64,000 nt of DNA. It comes from Octopus sinensis. Taxonomy: Eukaryota. Below the pieces are notes generated by a model. The model saw only the letters and a list, made by a program, of their open reading frames with translations, was not told the DNA's origin and made no database searches. The stretch's first letter is position 1. Every line of letters starts with the position of its first letter. The position numbers were made by a program, and so were the translations under genes. The stretch spans positions 20,336,001 to 20,400,000 of the forward strand of contig NC_043020.1 of the NCBI RefSeq assembly GCF_006345805.1, read 5' to 3'. Of this stretch, positions 26,354-39,357 are shown piece after piece.

Positions 26354-26659
26354 ATGAAGATGGCACCAAAGTGGAAGAGCAAAGAATTGAATCTTCTGTT
26401 GCAAGCATGTACAATTGCGAACAGCAATCTGCCAAACATCATCATCACTGCTGCACTGAAGAGCAATGGCTTCCGTAGAACCATTGAGCAGATAGAGTGG
26501 AAAAAGAATGAATTCATCCAATCCTATGCCCTTATCAGACCACACATTGACACTTTTGATGTCATCAGGGAAAACTACTGTGGCAAAGCTGATAAGGATA
26601 GGGAAAATGAAGCAAAAACCAGAAGTCTCTTTGATCCAGTGGATCCCCCACCCCTGTGA
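26354..26659 (+). CDS. 101-aa ORF with trihelix Myb/SANT-like DNA-binding domain (PIF/Harbinger ORF1-like or MSANTD-like)
   Basis: KW..KEL.LLL.A...IITAALKSNGFRRTIEQIEWKKNEFIQSY..RPHIDTFDVI matches the W..E...L / L...GF.RT..Q...K....Y / P.FD..D.I pattern. In-frame TAG at 26348-26350, then aaaATG and aagATGG starts. No disablements. Confidence 0.62.
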   Translation: MKMAPKWKSKELNLLLQACTIANSNLPNIIITAALKSNGFRRTIEQIEWKKNEFIQSYALIRPHIDTFDVIRENYCGKADKDRENEAKTRSLFDPVDPPPL

Positions 26660-26944
26660 ACAACCAGGCTAAGGATAGGGAAGAAAAAGGAAGGAAAGAA
26701 CACGAACACAAACATAAAGGGGAGAAAAAGAAAAGGGAAAAAATGAAATAAAACTGAAACCCCAAACAAAAAACTAAGTTCTGATCTTTGTGCGTTGTAA
26801 TTTTTTTTTTTTTAAATTGAAAGGTGTGCAAAGATATTTTGGCAGAATAGTTGATGGGGGTTCATTTTCCAAGGGTTTGCAAATGGGATTTGCTTCTAGC
26901 AAAAGAAAGGTATGGTCTGCTACAAACTGTGCACACAAAAAGGT

Positions 26945-27740
26945 CATTGTGATTCACCTTCTCGATCGTAACATTCTTCCTTAAATCTCTCAAGTCTTGC
27001 ATGCTCTATACTGGCCTCTTAAATCGCTTTCACGTCACACTTTTTTTTGCCATCCAGCTTGATTCCAAGCCAAGGTTTCTACATCCTCTGGATCCATTCC
27101 AAGTGACTTCATAACAATCCTTAAACCTCGTTTTAGGTTTAAGCCAATAGCGTTTTCCCTCTGCAAGTTCACCATAAAACAGCTGTTTGGGCATGTTCAT
27201 CTAATGCAACTAAGGCATTTTTGGTGGAATTGTTCTAACAATTTAGGATGTCTTTCATAACATGTCCATCTTTCACAAGAATACAGCAGAGAGGGTAAGA
27301 CAAGTAATTTGTAAAGAGTCAACTTTAATTTGTTGGGTATGTGTTGCTAGTGCCAAACATGACTCCAAGCCACCAAATGCTTGTGCTGCCTTGGAATTCA
27401 CTGATGTATTTCTGTATCCAGATTTCCATCAGTTTGTACAGAACTTCCATCCAAGGTAGATGAACAAATCAACAACCACCAGTAATTTACCCTGAACAAA
27501 AATTTTAGGCAGGGTTACAAACAGCACATGTAGATTGATACAACTGATTTTTTTTTTCAAGTTGATGGTCAAGCCAAAATCATCACAAGTGCAGTCAAAT
27601 GCAGGTACAAGAGATTTGCAAACCTTTTCCAGAATGACAGACAAGAACACAATCATCAGCACATAAAGAATTTCTCAAATGAGTGAAGTAAAAACCTTCC
27701 CTGTTGTTTGACATTTTATATAAATACCCTCCTCATAGTT
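26945..27740 (-). mobile_element. Degenerate RTE (BovB-like) LINE fragment
   Basis: Minus-strand pieces DDFGLTINLKK, VVDLFIYLG, KAAQAFGG and MPKQLFYGELAEGKR; frameshifted. Confidence 0.85.
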
Positions 27741-27800
27741 TTGAAAAGTGTGTGACATACCAACAGCATTTTGCATATATATATATATATATATAATTGC

Positions 27801-27967
27801 CACATTCATATTACTTTATGGTTGGACATCTTCAGGGTTCAAAAGGGGCTAATTCCACTTAGGTAATTATTATATCTCTGTTAGATAAAAAGATATAATG
27901 GTTATCGAAGTGGAGTTAGCTCTTTTTGAACCTTGAAGAAGTTCAACCATAAAACAGTATGAATATG
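27801..27967. repeat. Imperfect hairpin, ~60-bp outer arms plus inner stem
   Basis: 27801-27860 pairs with 27908-27967; inner 27864-27877 with 27891-27904; the left arm carries CTGAAGA on the minus strand (27829-27835). Confidence 0.85.
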
Positions 27968-28300
27968 ACGATTTTCTTGACATTAAACATGTTTGGAAAC
28001 TCCTATCTATTTATTGGTTTTGATAGAAACATATATATAGGTTCTTAACTTCTTTTGGGCTTTCAACTTCCACTTTATTTGTGATATTTTTTTAAAAAGC
28101 ATCATCTTTCTACAACATGCAAATAAATCAGTAATTACATCCATTTATTTTCCATTTTCTTCTACTTGTTTTTCCCTCTATATTAATAATTTCAGTAATC
28201 CTAAACATATACAAATGACTTTACCATTATATGATACAGATTGAAGTAGTGGAATACCTTGGATTATATAATCTCTAATGAAGACTTAACTTCCTCAACA

Positions 28301-28337
<37 letters not shown>

Positions 28338-28739
28338 CACACACACAGTCTCATGTATGTACATATAAATAGATGTATGTAGCCTCATATATTCATATAT
28401 GTACACATACATACATGTATGTAGCCTGTGTTGTAGTCTGGCCAATAATGCTGAACTCTACAGAAGTTTATGGTTTATATTTTATTTAAAACCTCACACA
28501 AATCAAGATTGTCTTTCAGATGATAATACCAGTAAAACATTTTGCTACTCTCCAAGTCAACTGTCTTTTATCTCATCATGACCAGTCATGTTCTCACTCA
28601 ATTCAATTTATATACATTCCTTACCATTTCATGATTTTGTATTAGTGTAGGGCTCTTATATTAATGTGGTTGCTAACAAAAAATATGAGCTCAAAAATTA
28701 AAATTACGTGTGTAGTGATGAGAAAAATATCCACCTTAA

Positions 28740-28959
28740 CCCTTTAGCATTCAGATTACTTTATATCTAATCTTTATTCATTCATATTGTTTTGAATTAA
28801 TCTTGCATTATCTTGTAACTTCAAGATTTTGATGATGTGTTTAGTTTTAGAATGACATTGTAAGGTAGGTGTGAAAGGCCAGATCCAGTCAGCTTGAACA
28901 TAAAACAGATAGAATATTGGGGCTGAATACAGCCAGTTTAAATTCTAAATTCTGATTAA
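28740..28959. mobile_element. piggyBac-type MITE, right end degraded
   Basis: TTAA then CCCTTTAGCATTCAGATTA; body homologous to 51379-51592. Confidence 0.85.
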
Positions 28960-29111
28960 AAAAAAAAAGAAAGCAAAGAGATAACCCAGAATTGAAGTTA
29001 ATTAAAAATAGAATACAATGGAGAGAGTGTGATGTATGGTAGTAAGGTGACAACTCTGAACAGTAAACAGCTTGATGGCGGGGATCGTTGACTTTTGTTT
29101 AAATCTTGCAG

Positions 29112-29172
29112 ATAACCATTAAAACAGTATCAGTAACTAGGCTCAGTTCCATTGACTATGCTTTCATATTGA
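29112..29172 (+). CDS. Candidate exon (ITIKTVSVTRLSSIDYAFIL-), gene unknown
   Basis: Acceptor ttttgtttaaatcttgcAG and donor GTATGA; phase 0 to 1, compatible with 21484-21550. A further phase 1 to 1 candidate lies at 34989-35057. Confidence 0.27.
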
Positions 29173-29256
29173 GTATGAGAAACTGTCGTTGGTCAGCATG
29201 GTTTTCAGTAGAGCTATAACTGATAGCCAATCAATCATTTATCAGCAATTCATGAG

Positions 29257-29486
29257 TTATCATCATTATACATCCACTGTTCCATGTTTGCATAGGTTGA
29301 ATGGAATTTGTTGAGGTGGAGTTTCTATGCCTGGATGCCCTTCCTGTTACTGACCCTCACCTGCTTCCAAGTAAGGTAATATTCCCCATGACCAGACATA
29401 TTTTCATAGAAGATTGGAAATGAAGGATGCCACTTGCATGACTGACATTTGCAATTATCACATGAAGCTGTGACATGGGGACAATA

Positions 29487-29553
<67 letters not shown>

Positions 29554-29698
29554 GAGCTTTCACACAGTTTCTATTCACAAGACATTGGCTGGCCTTAGGC
29601 TATATTAGAGACCAACCAAAAGTGCCATGTAGAGGAACTGAACCTGAGACCATATGGTTGGGAAACAAACTTCTGACCACAAAATCACACCTGTGCCT
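29257..29698 (-). mobile_element. Composite SINE: tRNA-type head, microsatellite middle, RTE-like 3-prime tail
   Basis: Head (rc) AGGCACAGGTGTGATTTTGTGGTCAGAAGTTTGTTTCCCAACCATATGGTCTCAGGTTCAGTTCC; tail matches the RTE 3-prime end at about 56207-56260. Confidence 0.8.
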
Positions 29699-32600
29699 TT
29701 TATGTAGATATTTAATGCCCCAGTTTACTGGATTAGGGTGAAACTTCACTGTATAACCACTGTCTAATTATGACAACCCTGTCAAGATGTAAGATTTGAA
29801 ATGTGGCCTCTATATTTAAGACAGTAGGGAGTTTCTAAGGGGTGCTTATTGCTTTTATGGCTTCAATTTTCAAGAATTTGATGAGAGAGATTTAACTGCT
29901 ACATTTGTTTAACTACCCAGTATATTGTTATTTTTGTAATTCAACATAATGTTATAAAACTAATTTGATTTAAAACTACTTCTCTTAATTAGAATGCACA
30001 CACATTCAGAGAAAGTAAAGAGATTAAGAATAAGGCAAGAAAAGTAAGAAAGTAGCAAAAAGATAAAAATAATTAGTGCCTCTTTATCAATCAAGTTATT
30101 AAATGTTTCAGAAAAACACTTTTGAAAATAAATATTTTAGAATATTTAATAAAAAAAAATCTTAATTATTAACATTAATATCTAAATTCTTTGAGAATTT
30201 TTGGCAGTCTGAAAGTCAATCATACACTTAATAATAATCGACTAGAAAAGCTCATTATTTTTATCATGTGATCATGATTTTTAACTTGCAATTTGTCAGG
30301 AATAACTGAAGTGCTTAACTAACTACTGTATCTGCTACTTATGCTAGCTCTGGCCTGAGCTAGTCATACATACAGGCACACAGCAAGCTACTGGCTTGAT
30401 TTTAGTCCTGCTTGGTTAGTAGCTACCCTGCACAACTTACTCCTTCACACCCCAGCCACAGACAAACTGGAGCCAGACTTTTGGAATTAAACTAGATCTT
30501 CCTCTTTGTCAAATGATTAAGTACCTCTGACACTAAATTTTTGTTTCCTTTTTTTTTTTCCATTTTTCTTTCATGCCATTTGGATTATAGAAACAGAACC
30601 ACCACCATTACCTACTTAAGAGATTCCTGCTGGCTATCTATCATTGCCTTGGACATTTTAAAAAAGATTGCTCCACATTTCATATAATTTGCTTCTCAAA
30701 ATAAACTATTATAGTCTTTTATGAATACCTAATGATGGGAATAGCATGTGAAGTATTTGATTTCTTTCTTAATTTACTATTTTTTCTTTAAAATAGATTT
30801 CAAACATTTTTTTCCATGCTCCTATCTATTGGACAGATCTACAAATTTGAAAATGAATATTTGCATCAAGTGCCTTCCTCCTAATACCATATTCTATTTT
30901 TGAAAGTGGGATACACTTCTGAACAAAATTTCTCTCTACTGTATAATGGAAGCAAGAACCTATTTTCCAATTAAGTTTACTTACTGCAAAACTACCAAAA
31001 CAAGGGAATCTGTGGGGAGGAGTGTATATTTTATAAACTTACTTTGGTGAGGTACTGTAACAATTTCAAGTTTTTCTAGTGGATTAACTTTGCTTTTCAT
31101 ACCTCTTGAATTCAATTCATTAAGGACCAGTAACAGACTAGGGATCAATTCAGTTAATTTATACTTAAATCTAAGCCTAAGTCAGGTCAACACAGCAAAA
31201 TTAAACCCACTTTTGAATGAGGTTGGTCATACTGTACGAGATCACAAAAACAAGGCCTATTGTTATATTGCAGATAATTCATTACACCAACTTCTACATA
31301 ATCACTTGACCAGCAAGAAATAGCAGGTAAAATTTCTGTTACTATCTACTATCTTAGTAATGATATCTAAGACTACTCAGTATCAGATACATGATACCCA
31401 AAAATTAAAAAAGAAAAGGTGGTGGTGGTTGTTAATTCCAGGAATACTTGGATCTAACAACAACCAGTCACACATATAACATCTCCAAAAAATTTTGAAA
31501 TTAACTATAATCAACTGGTGGTGGTAATAGCTGCAGTAGCAGAGGAGGATCATTACAGGGTTAAACATTTACTGTGAGGTTTGTGGTAGTGATTACTCTT
31601 TTGAGCCAATCTCTGGCATAATCCACATATGTTAAAGTATTCTTATGTAAATCAAAACCTTCAATCACTAGAACCTTTTGTTAGTCTTTGTTCTCTGTTT
31701 CATTCATAATAATGTTGCTTCATAAGAATATTAGATGAAGCCTCGTACTTGACGTTTTATTTTATCAAACTTTGAAAGATAAGCAAACTTGACTTTGGTG
31801 GGATTTGAACTTCAAATCTAAGGAGTAAATAACACTATCATTTTGTTTCACACTAACAATTCTACCAATACATTGTTAATTTTGTAATGTTTTCAAATAC
31901 TAGTTTAATGATGTAGAATTTAGTGATTTTATTAAATACTTCAATTTCTTAATTATTTTCAAATTTAATTGAAGCACATTGACAATATTTCATATTGAAT
32001 ACATTGCCTATCAATAGTTAAATATTTTCGACAGTACTGACATGTGATGAAAAATATCAACTAAGTAGGAAGATAGTAAATGACCTGAAAATTTCACTAG
32101 ATTACTAGGCATCATAATTTCAGTAAAATAAGACAGATATTGCAAGTTATCATATTGCTACTAGGCTAAAATTCATAAGTACATGAGGAAAAAATGGTAA
32201 TTAAACAAATTATAGTGATATAGACTACACAAAATATTAAATTGAAGTGGTTTCTAAAGTTAGTTTACAGTTAATATTTGGTTCTTGTCAGTCTGTCAAA
32301 CTCACTATACCATTTATAACACCATTACATGTGTTGACAACACAACACCCGTGCTAAATCTGGGACCCTAAACCTAGAAGATATCAACATCATCAATGAC
32401 ACCTATCCTTGCAGAAAGTCTTGAATTTTATTCAACAGTGTTGTAAAAGACACTGGAAGACTAAGAACATGAACCTACTGCTAACTAACCAAGATGTTAG
32501 TTCACAGAGAAGCCAGTTTGTAGCACTCAAAATTCTCTATTGGGTTACACATCAACATACAAGAGAACCCTTTTTAAGTGTCTTGTGCGAGACTACAGTA

Positions 32601-34339
32601 AAATAAAAAATGGCTAAAGGACTCTTTTTAAGTGTTTTGTGTGAAACTACAAAAAAATAGAAAATGGCTATCAGGCAAATTATATCCTAGTTTTGACCTA
32701 GATAGGAGAGTGAGATTACATAAGAAATATGTCACTAAGTTATCAAACAGCTGGCTTTAAAGAAAAACCAAAACAAAATAGAACACAAAAATATTGCATT
32801 TTCTCTCTCTGTAAAACACTAACAGATCAAAATTGGCTGCTTGCCCAACATTTTTTTATATTCTCTTCAATGGTTTGGATGATTAAATTTCAACTTTCCT
32901 TTAATTTGTTCCATCAATTACTGAAATCTCTTCACTAATGATAGAAACTTCTTTTTAATGATGATTCAGCAACAAACAGAAGTGATGTTTAGCAACAAAA
33001 GTAAAATGTGACAGCAAATGAACTTTTGACGAGGTCTTTCACTCCTGATGTGATCTCTTCTCCAAAACTATTCCACAGAATTAGGATTCCTGTTAATAGC
33101 CATAACCACAAATTATATATCCTCACCTTTTTGGCAACTTCTCCCCTGACAAATGACTACTGACTATATTCCTTGTGTTACAACTCCCAACTTGTAAAAC
33201 AATGTGTTACAAATAAATACAAAGCTCATTATTCTGCTCACCTCAGTTTCTCTGGCACATTAACAGTTCTCATTCAAATAATTGGTATAGCAATTGAAAA
33301 TCAGTTCTAAAAACTACCCATCTTAGCATGTAAAACAAGTAAAAACAGTAAAGAGCAAAATAATTCAACAAGTAAATGTGCACATTGTCTAAAATATAAA
33401 GTATGCCCACTTACAAGTGAACATTGTTGTTGGCTCTATATAGTAGCCTTAGGGAAGACATATAAATCTACAAGTTTCTTTTTTAAATTCCAGTGCTGCA
33501 GCAACAGACAAATGTTGAAAATTGGTTTAGAGGCTGGTTCATGAAAAATTTAATTAAATATACAAATGTCATTAAATCATTTTTCCTCCAGTTCTACACT
33601 GTCTTTGGAAAACATCAACTGCCAATTTCAAATTCCTAACATGTATTTTTGTTCTCTACATATAATCACTATCATCTTAAAGACACACAAAGCATTTGAA
33701 AGGTCAGTTAAGGAATAGTTTAAAGACTAGACTTTTTTCTTACTTGTTCTACGAAAACTTGTAATTTAAGAAAAAAATTTTGTTTAGCTATGTTGTAATT
33801 GGGCTACATGTATTTATTCTTGACTTCAATGTTTAACAACAAACATTTGTAAATAAAGGTGAATGTTACTTAAGTATGTAATCATTTAGTGTGGTAACAA
33901 ATTTTAAATTAAAATAGTTGAATTTGAGAGAATGCCATGAATACTATCTTGCACTTGTAAAAACCAAGAATAATACAAATATTGATCATTTTAACATCAG
34001 GTTTTATGGAAGATGGTTTCAAGATGGTCAGTAACCAACCTACTTTTTTTGCAAACAACCCTAATTTAATGTATGGATATAATGGTTTTAACTCCTACTG
34101 AATAACCATCACTTTTGGATCAAGAATTTGGAGGGATTTGTTAAAATAACTTTTTCATTATTAAAATGAATCAAACAAAATGTCTCAATAAGAGCTTTTT
34201 AAAATGGCTAGTTTTGCATAACAGCAGAGTTCCTCATGTTGTTGATATGAAAAGTGTTACACTAGACAGGAATTTACTGTTGTGCGTACTAATTAACAAA
34301 TTATTAAATGCAATATCTACAACTGTTGCCAGCAGGAAA

Positions 34340-34468
34340 CACAGATGAGGGCAGTAGCATCAAATTCCCTCATTCACCAAATGCCACATATCAGAGGTGT
34401 AGCATAGTCAACGGTAGTGCCCCAGCATGACTGCAGCTTTGAAGCTGAAACAATTTAAAGATTTAAAT
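34340..34468 (+). mobile_element. 3-prime-end fragment of the same LINE family as 23942-25143
   Basis: ACCAAATGCCACATATCAGAGGT..GGTAGTGCCCCAGCATGACTGCAGCTTTGAAGCTGAAACAATTTAAAGATTTAA aligns with about 25035-25143. Confidence 0.85.
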
Positions 34469-34749
34469 GGTTATCAGACTGAAAACAGTTATCAGTGGAT
34501 CAAACTAGCTAAATCTAAATAAATTCAAACTAAAAAAATTTGTGTTTTGGGTAACTAGTAAAATTTAGTTGATTAAAATTGACTGCTGTTACACTGAACA
34601 GAGTCACACAAGATATGGCTACGTGATTAAGAAATTTGCTTCCTAACTACATGGTTTCGGGTTCCCACTGGACAAATGGCTTCTACTGTAGCTCCAGGTC
34701 AACCAAAGCCTTGTGAGTGGATTTGGTAATTGAAAACTAAAAGAAAGGA

Positions 34750-34799
<50 letters not shown>

Positions 34800-36616
34800 A
34801 GGGAGTATAACTCCAAACTTAAGGGAAAAATTCAATTTATTTATATTTTGGTTTTTTATGTTTATCACTGAGTTGCATAATAGTGGTTTTATCTCTAATT
34901 TATGTGTGTGTGTGTGTGTGTGTGTGTTTACATCAGACACTTGCTTATTCAAAAGCCACATTTACATGTTCTGTTGGTATTTCTTCAGTCAATATATCAC
35001 CTACTAGCTTTGTGCTTTTGAAGCTGTGGAATAAGACACCTAACATTTGGAAAACAAGTAAGGGTTGACAGGAAGAGCATTTCATAAAACAATTCAGTGA
35101 TAATCCCAATACATTTTGTCTGAAATGTAACAGCAAATTGAAAACTAAATTTTTTTTTTCAAAACCTAAAAAACAGCCAGCAATGTTCTTTTTAACTCCA
35201 AGATAAGGAAAGGACTAAATGGCATTTACAAACGATGAATCTATAATTTATCAATTACACTATTCCTGCAGCAGTTGACAGAAGCTAGTATATTTCCAAA
35301 CAGGAGTACTTCCATGTTACCACCACTAAGAGCAAAATCAAATATTCCAGCACTGGTTCTAATCTCAATATTTCTTTATGAAAATTACAACAGGTTTTAT
35401 TACTTTCAGAGCATTCTCTACCCTTCCATACTTGCCATTTATGAACATCAAAGATTAGTGCAATAACATTTCTTTCTTCCCTAAATTTATTCAGTATTAC
35501 ATCTACACACTTTTAGGAATCTCTAACCTGCTAAAATTAATAGCTAATTTCTTTCATCATACTATCTTTAAAAACATTTAAAAAGACAAAAAACAAAAAA
35601 CAAGGATGGTCATGACATGAAAATCTTTTATCATTATTCAATCATGATTGACCAGGAGCTACACAACTTTTTCTGCACTTCTGTCATTCCAATTACTCAT
35701 ATATGGACTAGAAAATAGAAAGCTTTCCAATTATTGAATCTCTTTTGACAAAATGGACAGCAAGAAGACTATAAGAAAGATTTTACAACCAGCCACAGTT
35801 CCATAACATTATTTTTAAAAAGGTTTTGAACAAGGAAACCTTCAATTTCAATCCTACATCACATTCTATTGGTTTTCATAAGCTTTCACAAAAGCAAACT
35901 TTTCTCTTTGACTTTTAGGTTCTTTTTAAAGTATTTATTAAGAAAACTTTCTTTTAATTATTTTACAAATAAATTGTAATACATTGCCATCATTTTAAGG
36001 GACTTTTGTTTTCAAAGAAGAATGATTAGTTTACATGACTTATTTCCATTTTCAGACACTATGAAGAGCTGAGGACAATATCACAGTTGATACCAATGAT
36101 GCCCACATAACTGTAGCAGAGCAAAAAAAAAAAAAACATCCCATTTGTGTGTGTGTGTGTGTATAAAAGTGTTCCATTATGTGGAGATTATTTAGAGTGG
36201 ATTTTTTTTGTGTATTGGAGTTTATTATGAAATTAAGTCTCTGGAAGTTCTTGATCTCTGTAGTATATCATTCCTCCCCTACGAATATTTGTATGTGTGT
36301 GTGAACAATGCAATTGGAACAATGATTCAGAGAGTGTAATCTGGGAGTGGAGGAGGAAATATCACATAACATCAGCAACTTCCATTGGTTTAACAATCAA
36401 TTCTATTCAATACGCTCTTGAACAACAGAAACTACTCTTGAAATAAGGAAATAGAACAAACCAAGAAAGAATTTGACGAAATATTAAGGCCATACAACCA
36501 TACATCTTAGTAAGAAGTAAGATGTACGGTTGGAATCATCACATTTTACATGAATGCTGATAATTCTCAACAGATTACAGGCTATCTAAAAACATGAAAA
36601 ATGGCTCCAGCTTCTG

Positions 36617-36860
36617 CAGTATTTTTCAACCTTTTTACCCTTGCATAACCCTTAAAATATATTACATGTCTCAAAGAATCCCTGCACAAAAAAAATTATA
36701 TACCATATCTTTCTCATATTTTTTTCATCATAGTTCATGTGGTAAATATCATATATATATCATGAAATTAGCATTAGCTTATCTCACTCATTCTCACAGA
36801 ACCCCTAGGAACCTTTTGCAGAACCCTAGGGTTCCGAGGAACCCCGGTTGAGAAATGCTG
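36617..36860. mobile_element. hAT (Charlie-like) MITE
   Basis: TIR CAGTATTTTTCAACC versus (rc) CAGCATTTCTCAACC; subterminal GAACCCTAGGGTTCC repeats; TSD not intact. Confidence 0.7.
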
Positions 36861-39357
36861 CTCTATACAATTAAACAGACAAAACTATTCCTTGTCACTA
36901 GTAATACTCCCAGAAAATCCAACAGTCATTCCTCCTTTCCAGCTCAAAGACAGAAGAAATATTTACAGTAGATTTGAAGTGAGGATTAATGACTTATTGG
37001 TCCACTCCTGTAACCACATACAGAAACTGAGGACATTTTATCATCTTCAAGAAATATTCTCTGCTAAAGGAAAGAAAGAAACCATAGCAACTAATGACAC
37101 TGTAATAATAGCACCCAACCTGTTTTTTTGACTTAATTTAAATAAGAAACCAAAATTATTTATTCCAACATGCCACAGAAAGCACTGGAAATATGCTGAA
37201 CCTGCTACTCTTCCCTCACCAGTATTGTTGCAGTCTCCAGAATAACAACAGTTCAATAGATTTTTAAACATTATGAACACACACAACTGTTTTAATCCTA
37301 TAATTCTTTTATAGATGATTTAGGTTTATAGACATTGGAAACCACTAAGTTGTGGCATTCATGAACTACTTAGTGGAATCAGTTACTGGAATTTTTCTCA
37401 ATAGAGATAGAGGAAGAGAAAATAGCTGAATGGTTAAAAAGTTTGCTTTGTAAACTACGAGGTGCCAAGTCCAATCCCACTGCATTGTATCCCGAGTAAT
37501 TGTCATTTCCTATAGCATCAGCTTGACCCATGAGTAAAACTGATTAGATAGAAACATCAGGTGATTTGTACTTGCAATTCAAAAAGACTCAACCTGAAAA
37601 TTACATGAAGGGTTCACGTGTGAAATACTCAGCCATTTATACAGCATTTCAATGGATCAAACAACTGAAGACTTGCAGGCAAATGACAGGAATCCCCAAT
37701 CCACCTGTATCTATGAAATGGTAAGTTAGTGACAGGCTGATAAAAGCAAAAAATAATAGCCTCCATCAATGTTGTGGAGAGATCCTGGTCACGGGTTTTA
37801 CACTACTTCACTGGGAAAGTTTTGGATTGAACAGCAAATGTGACTTCCAACTATGAAACTAATAGCCTCAGATAAAGAGGGAGTAAGAGAGAAAATGTTT
37901 GACAGAGGAATAAGTGGTTTATATCTTAATTGCTATTTTACTATATTTAGTTTTATCCGTTTACATGATACTGGTGAGGAGAATCAACTTTGGTCTTCCA
38001 TCCTTGCTTTAGTTAACAGAACAGCTTCTAGTAACGAACCAAGATTCAAGTATTATTCAGAAGGCCTTCAACTCTAAAAAGCAAATCAATTATGCTTGTA
38101 GTTCAAAACATTATTTGGATGAAGATATTTGCATATGAATTGCGAAAACATACTGTTGAAATTTCCAGCTCACTGTTGCTCTAGGTCATCCATTCAATAT
38201 GTTATCACCACTTTATAAGGAATGTCACAGCTGGTTGCAAAAACACACTTCAGTGTGAGGTGGTGGCCAGGTAACAGTAGATAGGTTCCATTACGAGACA
38301 CTGTGTTGCAATGGCCGGATGTTGCGACGAGGTAATGAAGACGGTCCAACACAAGAACAGTTGTATATTAAAGAAACACCAGCATGTCATAATTGCTTGC
38401 AGAGATGTTACAACATTCAGGCGCGCGCATGCACACTAATATATCGGGTAAAAGGTTATGAGCATTTAAATTTTAACCTTTTAAAAATCCCCTGAAAAGC
38501 AAACTCAACCCCAGTGGGATTTGAACTCAGGACACAGAGGAACAAAACTAATTGCTGTATGTTAACAGTGAAATACTAAAAAGAAAAAAGAAAACAGCCA
38601 TATCCTGCGTGTTGTATAACGTGTGCAAGTGATGATCATCTATTTTGTATGCCATGTTTCTGGTCTAGTTCCGATTGATCAACAAACGCCACCGATAACC
38701 AATAATTTAGACTACAGTGACCTAGTTTAGCTTCTGTTGATACTATAAACTACTAGCAAGCCGCTTGGAAAAGTTAAAAAAGCAATAAGTTGCAAATAAA
38801 CTCAATATGATAACAGTGGGATATTTGAAAAATATATTAATTCTTACATAGTTATAAACAGTAGCATTTTAAAACTTGTGCATGTGAGAGAAAGAGCATG
38901 TGTTTTGCGCGCACGCACATGGTGATTATTTGCCAGAGGTACAATGTTTAAGATTGATAATAGAAAAGAAAATTAGAATGAGTGATGCTGATGCCTTTCT
39001 CAACAATTTTAACAGTAAAATAGACGGACCTCGAAACATAGATTACGAATCTAACAGTGGAGGTTTGTTACATAATGTTTTTAGATGTTTAACATCTTAA
39101 TCAAGATGTTGACAAAGTTTAGTTTCGTGTTGAAAAAAAATTATCTGACAGATTAACTTACGATTCTTCACCATTATACAGTATTGATTCAAACACCAAT
39201 GTACGATATATGATTGTGAAGACCACAAGAGACTTCTTTCTATCAAACAACTTTTATGTATGAACGATATTTCTGCGAGAAGCCGCCACAGACTAAACAC
39301 ACACAATCAGCCTAATATGAAATTATATATATACACACACACACACATATATAGGGA

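Noticed and set aside
25225-26478. Long S/L/P/F-rich ORFs
   Set aside because: Products of CT-rich low-complexity sequence; only 26354-26659 has a domain-like pattern.
37200-37260. CCYSGDCN, like the Ly6/three-finger CCxxDxCN motif, on the minus strand
   Set aside because: No acceptor upstream of the cysteines and no matching N-terminal LU exons found; probably chance.
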